Positions 1 through 10,606 of a stretch of 64,000 nt of DNA are shown piece after piece. The position numbers and the translations under genes are program-made. The notes beneath the pieces are model-generated. The model ran no database searches. It saw nothing but the letters and a program-made list of their open reading frames with translations, and was not told where the DNA came from. Source of the stretch: an uncultured Thermoleophilia bacterium (GTDB lineage Bacteria > Actinomycetota > Thermoleophilia > UBA2241); contig CAWBNR010000011.1 in NCBI GenBank assembly GCA_963790185.1, positions 93,432 through 157,431 on the forward strand. Direction: 5' to 3'. How positions within the stretch are numbered: position 1 is the first letter of the stretch; each line of letters opens with the position of its first letter.

Positions 1-1170
1 CGGGAGCCAGTCGCGCGGCGCGACCAGCCATTCGTCGGCAGCAAGCGGAGCACGCGCCAGGGCGGCCAGCACCTCGCGCCCCCCGAGCAGGCCTGTCACC
101 GTCACGTGCGGCCCGAACAGCTCGTTGGCGACCGCGAGCGGCCGCGCGTGAAGGCCGTGGCCGGCGAGGCGCGCGCAGGCGCGCTCGACGACGGGAGCGG
201 CCAGCGTGCCGCACAGCAGCCGCATGCGGGGCAGGCGGCGGCCGCGGGCGGCACGCGCCTCGTGTGCGAACGGAAAGCGCGCCTCCCTCAGGAAGACGGC
301 CGCCACACCGACGCCGTTCTCATACTGGAGCGGCGCGTCGGCGGCTGGCGGCATCCGGCCCGCCAGAAGATGGAACTCGTCGGCGGCGTGCACGAAGCAA
401 CGCCCGAGGCGCCGCCGGCACTCACGCTGCCAGGCAGACACGCTCCGCAGCACGCGACCGGCCTCCGCCGCCGTCACACGGCGCAGTTCGCCCTCCTCGG
501 CCAACGCGACGGGCACGACACCGAGGTCGGCGACCGCGTCGAGCCGGCACGTCTCGCGCACGGTCTCCTCCAGGACGGCCCCGTCGTTCCATCCCGGACA
601 GAGGACGACCTGCACATGAAGCTCGATGCCCGCAGCGGCGAGCCGCAGCAGCGTCTGGCGCGAGTCTCTTGCCGGCCGTCCCATGAGCGCCACGCGGGCG
701 GCGTCGTCCCAGGCGTGCAGCGACACGTACAGCGGAGAGAGGCGAAGCTCCGCGATGCGCCCAAGGTCCTCCTCGTCAAGATTCGAGAGCGTGGTGAAGT
801 TGCCGTGTAAGAACGACAGGCGGTAGTCGTCGTCCTTGATCGACAGACTCGCACGGAGACCGTGCGGCACCTGATCGACGAAGCAGAAGCGGCAGTGGTT
901 GCGGCAGGTGCGCGGCGGGACCCCGAGCTCGCCTGCGAGCGAGATCCCGTGCCAGCCGTCGGCCAGCGGCAGCACCACCAGATCCAGCACGCGCCCGCCG
1001 CGCAGCACGGACAGCCGCAGCGGGCCATCGGCGGCCGCCAGCTCCAGGTCGAGCACGTCGAGCGGGCTCACACCGTTGATGGTGCGAATGCAGTCCCCGG
1101 CGCGCAGGCCGCCGCCGGCCGCCGGCCCGTCGGCCTCCGCGACCAGGAGCGCCGTGGGCCGGTCAGTCAC
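1..1170 (-). CDS. radical SAM protein with N-terminal PDZ-like domain (DUF512/TIGR03279-like); 3' end lies beyond the window edge
   Basis: My own minus-strand translation; it is absent from the ORF track because there is no stop inside the window. GTG at 1170 gives VTDRPTALLVAEADGPAAGGGLRAGDCIRTINGVSPLDVLDLELAAADGP. It contains the CxxxCxxC motif CRNHCRFC and SIKDDDYRLSFLHGNFTTLSN. One open frame runs down to position 1. The start overlaps the ispH stop by 8 nt. Confidence 0.7.
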   Translation of the reverse strand, partial: MTDRPTALLVAEADGPAAGGGLRAGDCIRTINGVSPLDVLDLELAAADGPLRLSVLRGGRVLDLVVLPLADGWHGISLAGELGVPPRTCRNHCRFCFVDQVPHGLRASLSIKDDDYRLSFLHGNFTTLSNLDEEDLGRIAELRLSPLYVSLHAWDDAARVALMGRPARDSRQTLLRLAAAGIELHVQVVLCPGWNDGAVLEETVRETCRLDAVADLGVVPVALAEEGELRRVTAAEAGRVLRSVSAWQRECRRRLGRCFVHAADEFHLLAGRMPPAADAPLQYENGVGVAAVFLREARFPFAHEARAARGRRLPRMRLLCGTLAAPVVERACARLAGHGLHARPLAVANELFGPHVTVTGLLGGREVLAALARAPLAADEWLVAPRDWLP

Positions 1171-2086
1171 CGGCCACCCCGCCGCACAGAGTCTCGAGCG
1201 CCCGGATCGTCGCCGCGATCTCCTCCTCGGGAGTGGACGCTCCGGCCGTCACGCCGATGCGCCGACACCCTCGCATCCACTCCGCACGGAGCTCCGCCGC
1301 CGTCTCGATATGGAAGGTGCGCGGCTCGATCGCCCGGCAGAGCTGGGCGAGGCGTGCCGTGTTGGCGCTGTTGCGACCCCCGACGACGACCACGGCATCG
1401 ACCTGCCCCGCGAGCTCGCAGGCTGCCGTCTGCCGTTTCTCGGTCGCCTCGCAGATGGTGTTGAAGACGAGCATCTCCGGGACCAGCGGGGCGAGCGCGG
1501 CGGCGAGACTCGCGAGGTGCTCGCGCGACTGCGTGGTCTGGACGACGACGCCGATGCGATGCCCGCTCAGCAGCCCCGGCTGCAGGCCCGCGACGTCCTC
1601 GACGACGACGGCGTCCGGCCCCGCGAACCCCTGAAGACCGACGACCTCGGGGTGGTCGCGCTCACCGAGGATCACCACCTGGTACCCCGACTGCCGCAGC
1701 TCCGCCGCCTTGCGCTGTGCGACGGCGACGAAAGGGCAGGTGGCATCGACCACGTGCAGGCCGCGTCGTCGCGCCTCGGCGACCGCCTCCGGCGGCACGC
1801 CGTGGGTGCGCACGACGAGCGTACCGTCCGTAGCCTCGCCGACCTCGTCGACCATGCGGGCGCCGCGCTCCTCGAGTCGCCGCACGACGGTCGGGTTGTG
1901 GATGATCGGCCCGAGGGTGGCGACGGGGCCCTTCGCGGTGAGGACGGCCTCCTCCGTCAACCGCAGGGCGCGCTCCACGCCGTAGCAGTAGCCGGCATGG
2001 CGGGCCACCACGATCTCGGGGCAGTCTGGCGCGGGACGCTCCAGTCGAGAGTCTTCCTGCGCCGTCGGGTCGATCTCCCCGCTCAC
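1163..2086 (-). CDS. ispH: 4-hydroxy-3-methylbut-2-enyl diphosphate reductase (IspH/LytB)
   Basis: C-terminal 307 aa of ORF 1163..2575(-). Motifs HNPTVV, ATCPFV, NTICEAT and GGRNSANT. GTG at 2086 sits just downstream of the plsC stop at 2097. The rest of the long ORF is out-of-frame read-through over plsC. Confidence 0.9.
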   Translation of the reverse strand: MSGEIDPTAQEDSRLERPAPDCPEIVVARHAGYCYGVERALRLTEEAVLTAKGPVATLGPIIHNPTVVRRLEERGARMVDEVGEATDGTLVVRTHGVPPEAVAEARRRGLHVVDATCPFVAVAQRKAAELRQSGYQVVILGERDHPEVVGLQGFAGPDAVVVEDVAGLQPGLLSGHRIGVVVQTTQSREHLASLAAALAPLVPEMLVFNTICEATEKRQTAACELAGQVDAVVVVGGRNSANTARLAQLCRAIEPRTFHIETAAELRAEWMRGCRRIGVTAGASTPEEEIAATIRALETLCGGVAGD

Positions 2087-2096
2087 ATCGACCCTC

Positions 2097-2744
2097 TCAT
2101 CCGATGGCGTCGTACAACGCCGCCACCGCCTCCCGCATGCGTTCTGCGACCTCACGGTAGGCCGCGCTGCCCCGTCTGCCCTGCACGTCGGACAGGTCGA
2201 GCGGAGGACCGATCTTGACGCGAAGCGCCGGCAGCCCCGGGCGGCCGTGGTGGAGTATGCGGTTCGTTCCGCGCGTGGCGACGGGGACGACCGGCGCGCC
2301 GCTGCGCAGTGCGAGCAGCCCGACGCCGGGCAGGAACTCGTGGATCTCGTCGTCAGGCTGACGTGTCCCCTCGGGGAACATAAGCAGGGCCTCGCCCTGG
2401 GCGAGGAGGGCGAGCGCCTTCTCCAGCGCCCCCCGGTCGCCCGCGCCGCGGTCGATCGGAAAGGCCCCAAGTGCGGCAATGAGCCGACCGACGACGGGAA
2501 CCTCGAAGAGTTCGCGCTTGGCCATGAAGGCGAGCGGCCGGTCGAAGGCGATACCGACGACCATGGGGTCCACATCCGCCTTGTGATTGACGACGATGAT
2601 GGCCGGCCCCGTCTCGGGCAGGTGCTCCGCCCCCTCGGCGCGGCAGCGGTAGAGCCCGACGACGATCGCGAGCACGATCCAGCGGAAGAACGTGTAGAGG
2701 CGGCGGTCGCCCCGGCCTCGCAGCGGCATGCCCGCGACTCTCAC
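2097..2744 (-). CDS. plsC: 1-acyl-sn-glycerol-3-phosphate acyltransferase
   Basis: ORF 2097..2744(-). Has the H(X)4D box NHKADVD, the FPEGTR motif and an N-terminal hydrophobic segment. GTGA overlap with the cmk stop. Confidence 0.85.
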   Translation of the reverse strand: MRVAGMPLRGRGDRRLYTFFRWIVLAIVVGLYRCRAEGAEHLPETGPAIIVVNHKADVDPMVVGIAFDRPLAFMAKRELFEVPVVGRLIAALGAFPIDRGAGDRGALEKALALLAQGEALLMFPEGTRQPDDEIHEFLPGVGLLALRSGAPVVPVATRGTNRILHHGRPGLPALRVKIGPPLDLSDVQGRRGSAAYREVAERMREAVAALYDAIG

Positions 2745-3400
2745 GCCCCGAGCCTCTGGCGCGCCAGACCCTCGACCGTGGCGACGACCTCCTCGAGCGT
2801 GAGAACCGACGTGTCGAGCTCGACGGCGTCGGCGGCCTTGCGCAGCGGATTGACGGCTCTCGTGGTGTCCCGCCGATCTCGCTCGACCACCGCACGGACG
2901 ACCTCGTCGTGGTCGACGACGTGGCCGGCGGCGGCCAGCTCGTCGTAGCGCCGGCGGGCGCGCACCTCCGGGCTCGCGGTGAGGAAGACCTTCAACTCCG
3001 CGTCAGGGCACACGTTCGTGCCGATGTCGCGCCCCTCCATCACGACGTCACCGGCGGCCGTCAGGGCCCGCTGACGCTCGACCAGCAGTCGGCGCACCGC
3101 CGGCAGCGCCGACACGCGCGACGCCGCCTCGCCGGCGGCGAGTGTGCGGATCCCGACGCTCAGGTCACGAGCGCCGGCGAAGAGGCGGCCCTCGTCGTCG
3201 AAGCTCAGGTCGGCCGTCGCCGCGATCGCGGCGACGGCTTCCTCATCGTCGAGGTCGAGGCCGGCCTCGCGAGCCAGCACACCGACCGCACGGTACATGG
3301 CGCCCGTGTCGAGGTACACGAAGCCGAGCGCCACGGCGACACGCCGCGCCACCGTGCTCTTGCCGGAGCCTCCGGGCCCGTCGACCGCGAGGACCGTCAT
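2741..3400 (-). CDS. cmk: cytidylate kinase
   Basis: ORF 2741..3400(-). P-loop GPGGSGKST and LDTGAMYRAV. Confidence 0.9.
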   Translation of the reverse strand: MTVLAVDGPGGSGKSTVARRVAVALGFVYLDTGAMYRAVGVLAREAGLDLDDEEAVAAIAATADLSFDDEGRLFAGARDLSVGIRTLAAGEAASRVSALPAVRRLLVERQRALTAAGDVVMEGRDIGTNVCPDAELKVFLTASPEVRARRRYDELAAAGHVVDHDEVVRAVVERDRRDTTRAVNPLRKAADAVELDTSVLTLEEVVATVEGLARQRLGA

Positions 3401-4512
3401 TCGACTGCCCTCGCGGTCGCCACGTCGTAGCCGAGAGCCCCGAGCACGTGGGCGGTGCGGCGGCAGACCTCCTCCCCCTGCACGTAGACGGTGAGGCTGC
3501 CGCCGAGCTCAGCGCTCATGTGGTGCAGGGCCAGATCCTCTACGTTGATGCCGGCGTCGCCGAGGGCGACCATGATCTCCTTCAGCACGCCGGGTTGGTC
3601 GGCGATGGGCACGACGACCCGATACAGATCGCCGGGCGCCAGGTCTCCCACGGCAAGCATGCGCTCGCGATGCTCGGCGGCGCACGCGATCGACTCGCCC
3701 AGCCGCGGGCCGTCGTTGGCGGCGAGTGCTTCAAGCACATCCTGTAGTCCGTCCTGGAAGGCGACCAGCGCCGACAGCAGGGCGGCACGGTTGTCGAGGA
3801 AGATGTCGGTCCAGACGTGCCGGTTGCTGCCGGCGATACGCGTCAGGTCACGGAAGCTGGGGCCGGCCGACAGCAAGGCATCGCGCGAGCCCGCGTGCTG
3901 GCCCGCCTGGGCCATCAGCACATTCGAGAGCACGTGCGGCAGGTGACTCATGAGCGCCATGACCCGGTCGTGCTCCTCCGGATCGATCGCCACCGGTCGC
4001 GCCCCGAGGTCGGCGACGAAGCCGCAGAGCCGGCGGTACGCCTCGGCATCGACGTACGCGCCCGGCGTCAGGAAGTACGTCGCTCCCTCATACAGCGACG
4101 AGCGTGCGTTGGCGACGCCGGCGGTCTCCGACCCGCACAGCGGATGACCGCCGATGCAGCGTGCCTGCTCCTCAGGGGACAGGGCGCGCATCAGCGGCGC
4201 CTTGGTGCTGCCCATGTCGGTGACGATCGCGCGCGGCGCCGCACACAGGGCGGACTTGACGGTCTCCGCGACGAGCCGCACGGGGGTCGCGACGACGACC
4301 AGGTCGGCCTCTGCGACCGCCTCTTCAAGCGACGCGCAAGCCGTCGTGATCGCCCCCCGCTCGAGGGCGAGCTCGAGAGTCTCGCGCGTACGACTCCAGC
4401 CGCGCACCGCGTCCACTCCCGCGCGCTCGCGGGCGGCGAGGCCGAGGGAGCCGCCCATGAGGCCGACACCGAGAATGGCCACGGTGGCGCCGGCGAAGGC
4501 TGGTGCGGCCAC
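3397..4512 (-). CDS. tyrA: prephenate dehydrogenase with C-terminal ACT domain
   Basis: C-terminal 371 aa of ORF 3397..5766(-). Rossmann motif ILGVGLMGGSLG, GGHPLCG, and an ACT-like tail (VVVPIADQPGVLKEIMVALGDAGINVEDL). GTG at 4512 directly follows the upstream stop at 4515. Confidence 0.85.
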   Translation of the reverse strand: MAAPAFAGATVAILGVGLMGGSLGLAARERAGVDAVRGWSRTRETLELALERGAITTACASLEEAVAEADLVVVATPVRLVAETVKSALCAAPRAIVTDMGSTKAPLMRALSPEEQARCIGGHPLCGSETAGVANARSSLYEGATYFLTPGAYVDAEAYRRLCGFVADLGARPVAIDPEEHDRVMALMSHLPHVLSNVLMAQAGQHAGSRDALLSAGPSFRDLTRIAGSNRHVWTDIFLDNRAALLSALVAFQDGLQDVLEALAANDGPRLGESIACAAEHRERMLAVGDLAPGDLYRVVVPIADQPGVLKEIMVALGDAGINVEDLALHHMSAELGGSLTVYVQGEEVCRRTAHVLGALGYDVATARAVE

Positions 4513-4514
4513 GG

Positions 4515-5531
4515 TCAGTCGAGCATCTTCCCGCACCAGGCGGCGAGCTCGCGAGTGCGTGCCGCGTACTCCGCGAACGCGGACGTCGGCAGCGACTGCG
4601 GCCCGTCGCACAGCGCGTGCTCGGGATTCGGGTGCGTCTCGACGATCACGCCGTCGGCTCCGGCGGCGACGGCAGCGAGCGACAGGGGCAGGACGAGTTC
4701 GGGGCGGCCGGTCGCGTGACTCGGGTCGACCACGACCGGCAGATGGCTGGCCAGCCTGACGACCGCGACGGCGCCGATGTCGAGAGTGTTGCGAGTGGCG
4801 GTCTCGAAGGTGCGGATGCCACGCTCGCAGAGGATGACGTCGCGGTTGCCCTCCTTGAGCACGTACTCGGCCGCCATCAGCCACTCCTCGATGGTCGCCG
4901 AGAGGCCGCGCTTCAGGAGCACCGGCCGGTCGCGCCGGCCGACTTCGGCGAGCAGTTGGAAGTTCTGCATGTTGCGCGCGCCGATCTGGATGACGTCGGC
5001 GTACTCGTAGACGTCGTCGAGGTCGCGGGGGTCCATGAGTTCGGTGACGACGGGAAGACCGGTCTCGTCGCGCGCCGCGGCGAGCATCCGCAGACCCTCG
5101 AGGCCCAGTCCCTGAAAGGCGTATGGCGAGGTGCGCGGCTTGTAGGCGCCGCCGCGGAGCATGTGGCCGCCCGCCGCCTTGACGGCGCGCGCGGCCTCCA
5201 GCACCTGCTCGGGCGTCTCCACCGAGCAGGGCCCGGCGATGATGCAGAAGTGGCCGCCGCCGATGCGCACGCCGCGGACCTGCACGACGGTGTCGGCCTG
5301 CTGGAACTCGCGGCTCACGAGCTTGTAGGGCTTGAGGATGGCGACCACGCGCTCCACGCCCGGCATCGCCTCGAGCGGCAGGCCCGTCAGCTCTTCGCGG
5401 TCGCCCATCACGCCGATGACCGTCACGCGCTCGCCGACCGAGACGTGGGCACTGGCGCCGACCTCCTCGACACGCGCGACGACCCTGGCGACCTGTTCGG
5501 GCGTCGCCGACTCCTCCATGATGACCATCAT
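4515..5531 (-). CDS. aroF: 3-deoxy-7-phosphoheptulonate (DAHP) synthase, type I-beta, with an N-terminal ferredoxin-like regulatory domain
   Basis: C-terminal 338 aa of ORF 4515..6377(-), starting MMVIMEESATPEQV at ATG 5531. Motifs GPCSVE, KPRTSPYAFQG, IGARNMQN and DPSHATG. Confidence 0.85.
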   Translation of the reverse strand: MMVIMEESATPEQVARVVARVEEVGASAHVSVGERVTVIGVMGDREELTGLPLEAMPGVERVVAILKPYKLVSREFQQADTVVQVRGVRIGGGHFCIIAGPCSVETPEQVLEAARAVKAAGGHMLRGGAYKPRTSPYAFQGLGLEGLRMLAAARDETGLPVVTELMDPRDLDDVYEYADVIQIGARNMQNFQLLAEVGRRDRPVLLKRGLSATIEEWLMAAEYVLKEGNRDVILCERGIRTFETATRNTLDIGAVAVVRLASHLPVVVDPSHATGRPELVLPLSLAAVAAGADGVIVETHPNPEHALCDGPQSLPTSAFAEYAARTRELAAWCGKMLD

Positions 5532-5533
5532 GC

Positions 5534-6652
5534 TCAGCTCGTCCTCCCCTCGTTCGACGCCTCCAGAGAAGCGAGCTTCTGAAGGAAGAAGTCGACCTCC
5601 TCGCGCGTCCCGACGCTGACCCTTGCCCAACCCGGGCAACCCAGCGCGTTGCCGTCGCGCACGATCGCGCCCATGGCGAGCAGCGCGCCACACACCTCGT
5701 CCTGGGGCCTGCACGGGTCGCGCGTGTCGACCAGCATGAAGTTGGCCTCGCTTGGGATGGTCGCACGGCCCATGGCGGACAGACGCTCGACCAGATGGTC
5801 GCGGAGGTCGGCGTTGAAGCGCCGCCGCTCCGCGACCTGGTCCGGGTGCTTCAGCGCCTCGAGCGCCGCCGTCTGCGCCAGGCGGTTCACGTTGAAGGGC
5901 TGGCGCACCTTGTCGAGCGCGGCCTTCAGCTCGGCCGCACAGAGCCCGTAGCCGACGCGCAGGCCGCAGAGGCCGTAGATCTTCGAGAACGTGCGCAGCA
6001 CGATGACGTTGTCGTGAGCGGCCTGCAACTCGAGCGAGTCCTGGCTGTCGGCGGCGGTCACGAACTCGTTGTAGGCCTCGTCGAGGATGACCAGCACGTC
6101 GCGCGGCGTCCGCTCGACGAGTCGCGCGACCTCGGCGACCGGCACGTACGTGCCGGTCGGGTTGTTCGGGTTGCAGACGATCATCATCTTGGTGCGCGCC
6201 GTGACGGCATCGGCCATTGCCGCCAGGTCGTGCCTGGACTCGACGAGCGGCACGGCGACGGCCTGCGCCTCGTGCCGCAGACAGATGTCCTTGTAGACGG
6301 TGAAGGAAGGCTCGGCGAAGACGACCTCGTCGCCCTTCTCGAGAAGCGCGTCGCCGAGCAACATCAGGAGCTCGCACGAGCCGTTGCCCACCGCCACCTG
6401 CTCGGGCGCACGGTCGTAGCGCGCGGCCAGGGCGGCACGCAGGTCCGTGCAGTGGCCGTCCGGGTAGCGGTTGAGGTCGTCGAGCGCGTCGGCGATCACC
6501 TGCTTGACCTCAGCGAAGGGTGGCATCGGGAACTCGTTCGAGGCCAGTTTCACGACCTCGTCGAGGCCGAACTCGCGCATGACGAGCTCGAGGGGCCGGC
6601 CGGGCTCGTAGGGCACCATGCGCTCCAGCGCTGGGATGTACCTGAGACTCAT
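5534..6652 (-). CDS. hisC: histidinol-phosphate / aromatic aminotransferase
   Basis: ORF 5534..6781(-) read from ATG 6652 (MSLRYIPALE). Motifs SNEFPMPP and NPNNPTG, and a PLP-lysine context FSKIYGLCGLRVGY. Confidence 0.85.
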   Translation of the reverse strand: MSLRYIPALERMVPYEPGRPLELVMREFGLDEVVKLASNEFPMPPFAEVKQVIADALDDLNRYPDGHCTDLRAALAARYDRAPEQVAVGNGSCELLMLLGDALLEKGDEVVFAEPSFTVYKDICLRHEAQAVAVPLVESRHDLAAMADAVTARTKMMIVCNPNNPTGTYVPVAEVARLVERTPRDVLVILDEAYNEFVTAADSQDSLELQAAHDNVIVLRTFSKIYGLCGLRVGYGLCAAELKAALDKVRQPFNVNRLAQTAALEALKHPDQVAERRRFNADLRDHLVERLSAMGRATIPSEANFMLVDTRDPCRPQDEVCGALLAMGAIVRDGNALGCPGWARVSVGTREEVDFFLQKLASLEASNEGRTS

Positions 6653-6656
6653 GGTG

Positions 6657-7046
6657 TCACTCCGGAAGATCGAGGCGCAGTTGCCGAGCGTCGCGCAGAT
6701 ACACGTGGCGGACCGCGCGCCCTGCCGGCAGGAGACAGTGCACGAGCACGCGGATGCAGCGCTCCATGGCGCCCTCCACATCGATCTCCCGGGCGCACAA
6801 CATCGGCGTCGCCGAGAGCCCCAGGCGCCGCGCCGCCGTGGCGGGAAAGTCGGCCTTCAGATCGGGGGTCGCCGTGAACACGATGCTGACGATGTCGTCG
6901 CTCGCCAGACCGTTACGCTCCAGAAGCGCGCCGAGCAGCTCGCCCGTCGCCTCGGCGATCTCGTCGCTCGTGTCGGCCGTGACCGTCACGGCGCCGCGAA
7001 GCGCACGCAGGCATGTCACGGGAGTCGCGGAATCAGGCACGGGCAC
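6657..7046 (-). CDS. aroH: monofunctional chorismate mutase, AroH type
   Basis: ORF 6657..7046(-), 129 aa, with LRALRGAVTV...IVSIVFTATPDL...REIDVEGAMERCIRVLVH, typical of the AroH class. GTG start. Confidence 0.75.
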   Translation of the reverse strand: MPVPDSATPVTCLRALRGAVTVTADTSDEIAEATGELLGALLERNGLASDDIVSIVFTATPDLKADFPATAARRLGLSATPMLCAREIDVEGAMERCIRVLVHCLLPAGRAVRHVYLRDARQLRLDLPE

Positions 7047-7105
7047 CTCACCCTTCCGAACCGGAGGTCACATCGAGCCCGAGAGTATACACCGCGCGGG
7101 CGCCC

Positions 7106-7951
7106 TCAGGGCGCGTCGTCGGGCGCGGTGTCCACACCCAGACCGTGCGCCTCACCCTCGGGTCGTGCTGGACCGGCGGGCTCCGCGGCGAGCGGCAGGG
7201 GGTCGCCGATGGACTCCCCGGCGACCGAGCCGTGCACGTCCTCGCCGGCTTTCCGCAGGGCATCGATCTCGTCGCCGTTGAGCTCGCGGAACGCGCCCTT
7301 GTCAAGGCCCTTGTCCGTCAGGGGGCCGAACCGCCGCCGGTGGAGCTCGTCGACCGGGAGCCCGACGGTGGCCAGCATGCGTCGCACCTGGCGCTTGCGG
7401 CCCTCGCGGATCGTGAGTTCGACGAGGGCCGTCTTCGCGCTCTGCTTCTTCAGGTCCACCTCGGCGGGGCTGGTCATGCCGTCCTCGAGCTCCACGCCCG
7501 ACCGCAGCGTCGCGAGCGCGCGGCGCGTGACCTTGCCTCGGACGCGCGCGACGTAGGTCTTCGGCACACCGTAGCGGGGGTGCAGGAGCCGGTTGGCCAG
7601 CACGCCGTCGTTCGTGAGGATCAAAAGCCCGGTCGTGTCCAGATCGAGCCGGCCTACCGGGAACAAGGTGCGCCCGTTCGGCACCAGGTCGACGACCACG
7701 CGCTCGGCATGCGGGTCGCTGCGCGTGCTCGCCACTCCGCGCGGCTTGTTGAGCAGCACGTAACGCAGCTGCCGCGCCTCGACGACCTCGCCGTTCACAG
7801 CGACCACGTCGCTCTCTTCCACCTTGTGGCGGGGAAACGTCACGGCCTCGGCGTTGACGGTGACGACGCCCGACTTCACGAGCTCGTCACATGAGCGTCG
7901 CGATCCCAGTCCCGCTCGCGCCAGGAACACGACGAGGTTCATCGGGTTCAT
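7106..7951 (-). CDS. rluB: 23S rRNA pseudouridine synthase (RluB/RsuA family)
   Basis: ORF 7106..7951(-). N-terminal S4-like domain, catalytic motif PVGRLDLDTTGLLILTNDG, and REGRKRQVRRM. Confidence 0.85.
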   Translation of the reverse strand: MNPMNLVVFLARAGLGSRRSCDELVKSGVVTVNAEAVTFPRHKVEESDVVAVNGEVVEARQLRYVLLNKPRGVASTRSDPHAERVVVDLVPNGRTLFPVGRLDLDTTGLLILTNDGVLANRLLHPRYGVPKTYVARVRGKVTRRALATLRSGVELEDGMTSPAEVDLKKQSAKTALVELTIREGRKRQVRRMLATVGLPVDELHRRRFGPLTDKGLDKGAFRELNGDEIDALRKAGEDVHGSVAGESIGDPLPLAAEPAGPARPEGEAHGLGVDTAPDDAP

Positions 7952-8520
7952 CGCCGGCGCTCCGCGTTCGACATCAGGCGCCGGCGCAGAGCTTCGACGT
8001 CGCCGGGCTGCAGCGCGAACCCTTCGAGCGCCGGCAGTTCGTCACGGCTCGCAAGACCGAAGAGCTTCACGAAGCGGTCGGTCGTCCCGTACAGTATGGG
8101 CGCGCCCGGCGTATCGGAGCGCCCGGACTGCTCCACGAGACCCCGCTCCTCGAGCGCCGACAACGCCCACTCCGACGAGACGCCGCGCACATCGGCCACA
8201 TCGGCGCGCGTCGCCGGCTCCAGATAGGCGACGACGGCGAGCGTCTCGAGCAACGCCGGCGTGAGCTCCTCGGGCCGCTGGGCGCCCGTGTGCTCCCGCA
8301 CCGCCTCGGCACAGTCGCCGGCGACGCTGAAGGTGAGACCGCCCCCGACCGCCGCGAGCTCCAACCCGTGGTGCCCGGGCGCATACTCCTGGTGAAGGGC
8401 CCCCAAGGCGGCCGTCACGTCCGGCTCGGCGACGGCGCACGCCGCAGCCAGCTCCGTCGCGGCGACGGGCCGGGGTGAGACGAACAGGAGCGCCTCGAGG
8501 CGCCGGGCAAGAAGGTCCAT
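7948..8520 (-). CDS. scpB: segregation and condensation protein B
   Basis: ORF 7948..8520(-). LEALLFVSPRPV start and two winged-helix halves. Lies downstream of scpA. Confidence 0.85.
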   Translation of the reverse strand: MDLLARRLEALLFVSPRPVAATELAAACAVAEPDVTAALGALHQEYAPGHHGLELAAVGGGLTFSVAGDCAEAVREHTGAQRPEELTPALLETLAVVAYLEPATRADVADVRGVSSEWALSALEERGLVEQSGRSDTPGAPILYGTTDRFVKLFGLASRDELPALEGFALQPGDVEALRRRLMSNAERRR

Positions 8521-8633
8521 GGCAGTGAGAGGATCGGTCAGCAGATGCTATCGCAGCGACGTCGTCGCCGTCACCCCGCCGCTCGAGCGGTACCGGGGCG
8601 CACCTCTCGCGGGACCGTCCGGCGCCCGAGGGC

Positions 8634-9422
8634 TCACGCCGGCGCCGGCGCGGCCGCGCAGCGTGTCACGACGATGTCGTCGAAGGCGCGCCGCTGCCGC
8701 AGGCGCGCCTCACCCTGCGCATGCAACTCCAGGAGCGCGAAGAACGTGAGCGCGCGCTCGAGACGGCTGGGCGGTGCGACCTCGGCGAAGCTGAACGATC
8801 CGTCTGCGTCCAGGAGCGAGCGCAACCTTCTGAGCTCGCCGACCAAGGACACGGCGAGATCGGCGAGATGGCTGGTATCCGGCAGCGGCGGCTCCTCGAG
8901 AAGCGGCGCCAAGGCCGTGGCGAGAGCGGCCGCCGGCAGGGCGGCATCGTCGAGCGGCCGGCGCAGCAGCGCCCGTGGCACGGGCGCAGCCCGGTAGAGT
9001 CGCCCCGCGTGGGTCGCCCAGCGCTCGCCCAAGTGGTCGGCCGCGTTGCGGAACTGCCCATAGCGCACGAGGCGCTCGACCAGCCGCTTGGCGGCCTCAT
9101 CCGGGTCGAGCTCTTCGAGTTCCTCATCGATCTCCTGGTCGAGCAGCAGGCGCGACTTCATCTCGAGCAAGGCGGCGACCAGCACCACGAACTGCGAGGT
9201 CGCGTCCAGGTCGAACTCGCCGCTGTCAGCGAGTCGTAGCACGTACTCGGCGATGATGCCCGAGACCCGTACCTCCCAGATGTCGATCTCGTCCTTCAGG
9301 ATGAGGGTCACGAGAAGGTCGAACGGACCGTCGAAGACGTCGAGATCGAGATCGAGCTCCCGTGGAGGCGCCGCGACCTGCTCGATGTCGAGCGCAGCCG
9401 CGCCGGGGCTCACGCGCGTCAC
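8634..9422 (-). CDS. scpA: segregation and condensation protein A (kleisin)
   Basis: ORF 8634..9422(-). [26 protein letters not shown] overlap with the ftsZ stop. Confidence 0.85.
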   Translation of the reverse strand: MTRVSPGAAALDIEQVAAPPRELDLDLDVFDGPFDLLVTLILKDEIDIWEVRVSGIIAEYVLRLADSGEFDLDATSQFVVLVAALLEMKSRLLLDQEIDEELEELDPDEAAKRLVERLVRYGQFRNAADHLGERWATHAGRLYRAAPVPRALLRRPLDDAALPAAALATALAPLLEEPPLPDTSHLADLAVSLVGELRRLRSLLDADGSFSFAEVAPPSRLERALTFFALLELHAQGEARLRQRRAFDDIVVTRCAAAPAPA

Positions 9423-10606
9423 TCCTCGGGCTGGTGGACGAAGGACGGGATCTCGAACTCGCCGTCGTACTCGGGCGCGCGCTCGAGCGGGGCGCCGCCA
9501 TCCGGGCGCGCACGCCGCGCGCCGCGGTCGCCCGGCGCGGCCGGGGCCTCTTCGTTCCGCGCCGGCCCCTCGCCGAACCCGGTCGCCACGACCGTCACGG
9601 CCATCGTGCCCTCGAGTCGTTCGTCGACGACCGCGCCGAAGATGATGTTGGCGTCGTCGTCGGCGGCGTCGGCGATCAGACCAGCCGCGTCGTTCACCTC
9701 GTACAGCGAGACGTCGACGCCGCCCGTGATGTTGAGCAGGATGCCCTTGGCGCCCTCGATCGAGGTCTCGAGCAGCGGTGAGTTGATCGCGGCGTCGGCC
9801 GCCTCGAGCGCACGGTTCTCACCGCTGGCGACCCCGATGCCCATGAGGGCCGAACCGGCGTCCTTCATGATGGTGCGCACGTCGGCGAAGTCGAGGTTGA
9901 TGAGACCGGGGACCGTGATCAGGTCGGTGATGCCCTGCACGCCCTGGCGCAGCACGTCGTCGGCGTGACGGAACGCCTCGACCACCGAGGTGTTGCGCTC
10001 GATCACCTGCAGAAGGCGATCGTTCGGGATCGAGATCACGGTGTCGGCCACCGCGCGCAACGCGTCGATGCCCGCGAGCGCCTGTTCCATACGGTGGTTT
10101 CCCTCGAAGGAGAAAGGCCTGGTCACGATCGCGATCGTGACGGCGCCGAGCTCACGTGCGATGCCGGCGACCACGGGCGACGCGCCCGTGCCGGTGCCCC
10201 CGCCCTGGCCGGCCGTCACGAAGACGAGATCGGCGCCACGGAGAGCGGCCTTGATCTGGTCGCGGGAGCCCTCCATCGCCTCGCGGCCGACGTCGGGGTC
10301 GGCGCCGCCGCCGAGGCCGTGCGTGACCTCCTGGCCGATGTGGATCTTGACGTCGGCGTCGCACACATCGAGCTGCTGCACGTCGGTGTTGACGGCGATG
10401 AACTCGACGCCCTTGACGCCGGTGTCCACCATGCGGTTCACCGCGTTCGTCCCCGCGCCGCCGACGCCGACCACCTTGATGGTGGTCACGTAGGGCTGGC
10501 CCTTGACCGGTGCGTCGCCCGCCAGCGGCTCCGGCGACCGCACGGTATCGTTCGTGCGCCGGAACAGCTCGCTGAGCCCATCCTTCATGCTAGGTCGCTC
10601 GGCCAT
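9419..10606 (-). CDS. ftsZ: cell division protein FtsZ
   Basis: ORF 9419..10723(-) read from ATG 10606. GGGAGG lies 6 nt upstream of that ATG, inside the parA-like 3' end. Motifs [11 protein letters not shown], tubulin signature [14 protein letters not shown], and the C-terminal peptide EFEIPSFV. Confidence 0.95.
   Translation of the reverse strand: MAERPSMKDGLSELFRRTNDTVRSPEPLAGDAPVKGQPYVTTIKVVGVGGAGTNAVNRMVDTGVKGVEFIAVNTDVQQLDVCDADVKIHIGQEVTHGLGGGADPDVGREAMEGSRDQIKAALRGADLVFVTAGQGGGTGTGASPVVAGIARELGAVTIAIVTRPFSFEGNHRMEQALAGIDALRAVADTVISIPNDRLLQVIERNTSVVEAFRHADDVLRQGVQGITDLITVPGLINLDFADVRTIMKDAGSALMGIGVASGENRALEAADAAINSPLLETSIEGAKGILLNITGGVDVSLYEVNDAAGLIADAADDDANIIFGAVVDERLEGTMAVTVVATGFGEGPARNEEAPAAPGDRGARRARPDGGAPLERAPEYDGEFEIPSFVHQPEE

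Noticed and set aside
8579-8590. The perfect 12-nt palindrome ccgctcgagcgg in the unusually long (113-nt) scpA-scpB spacer.
   Set aside because: It is too short and loop-less to argue for a terminator or operator, and such palindromes are easy to obtain by chance in GC-rich DNA.
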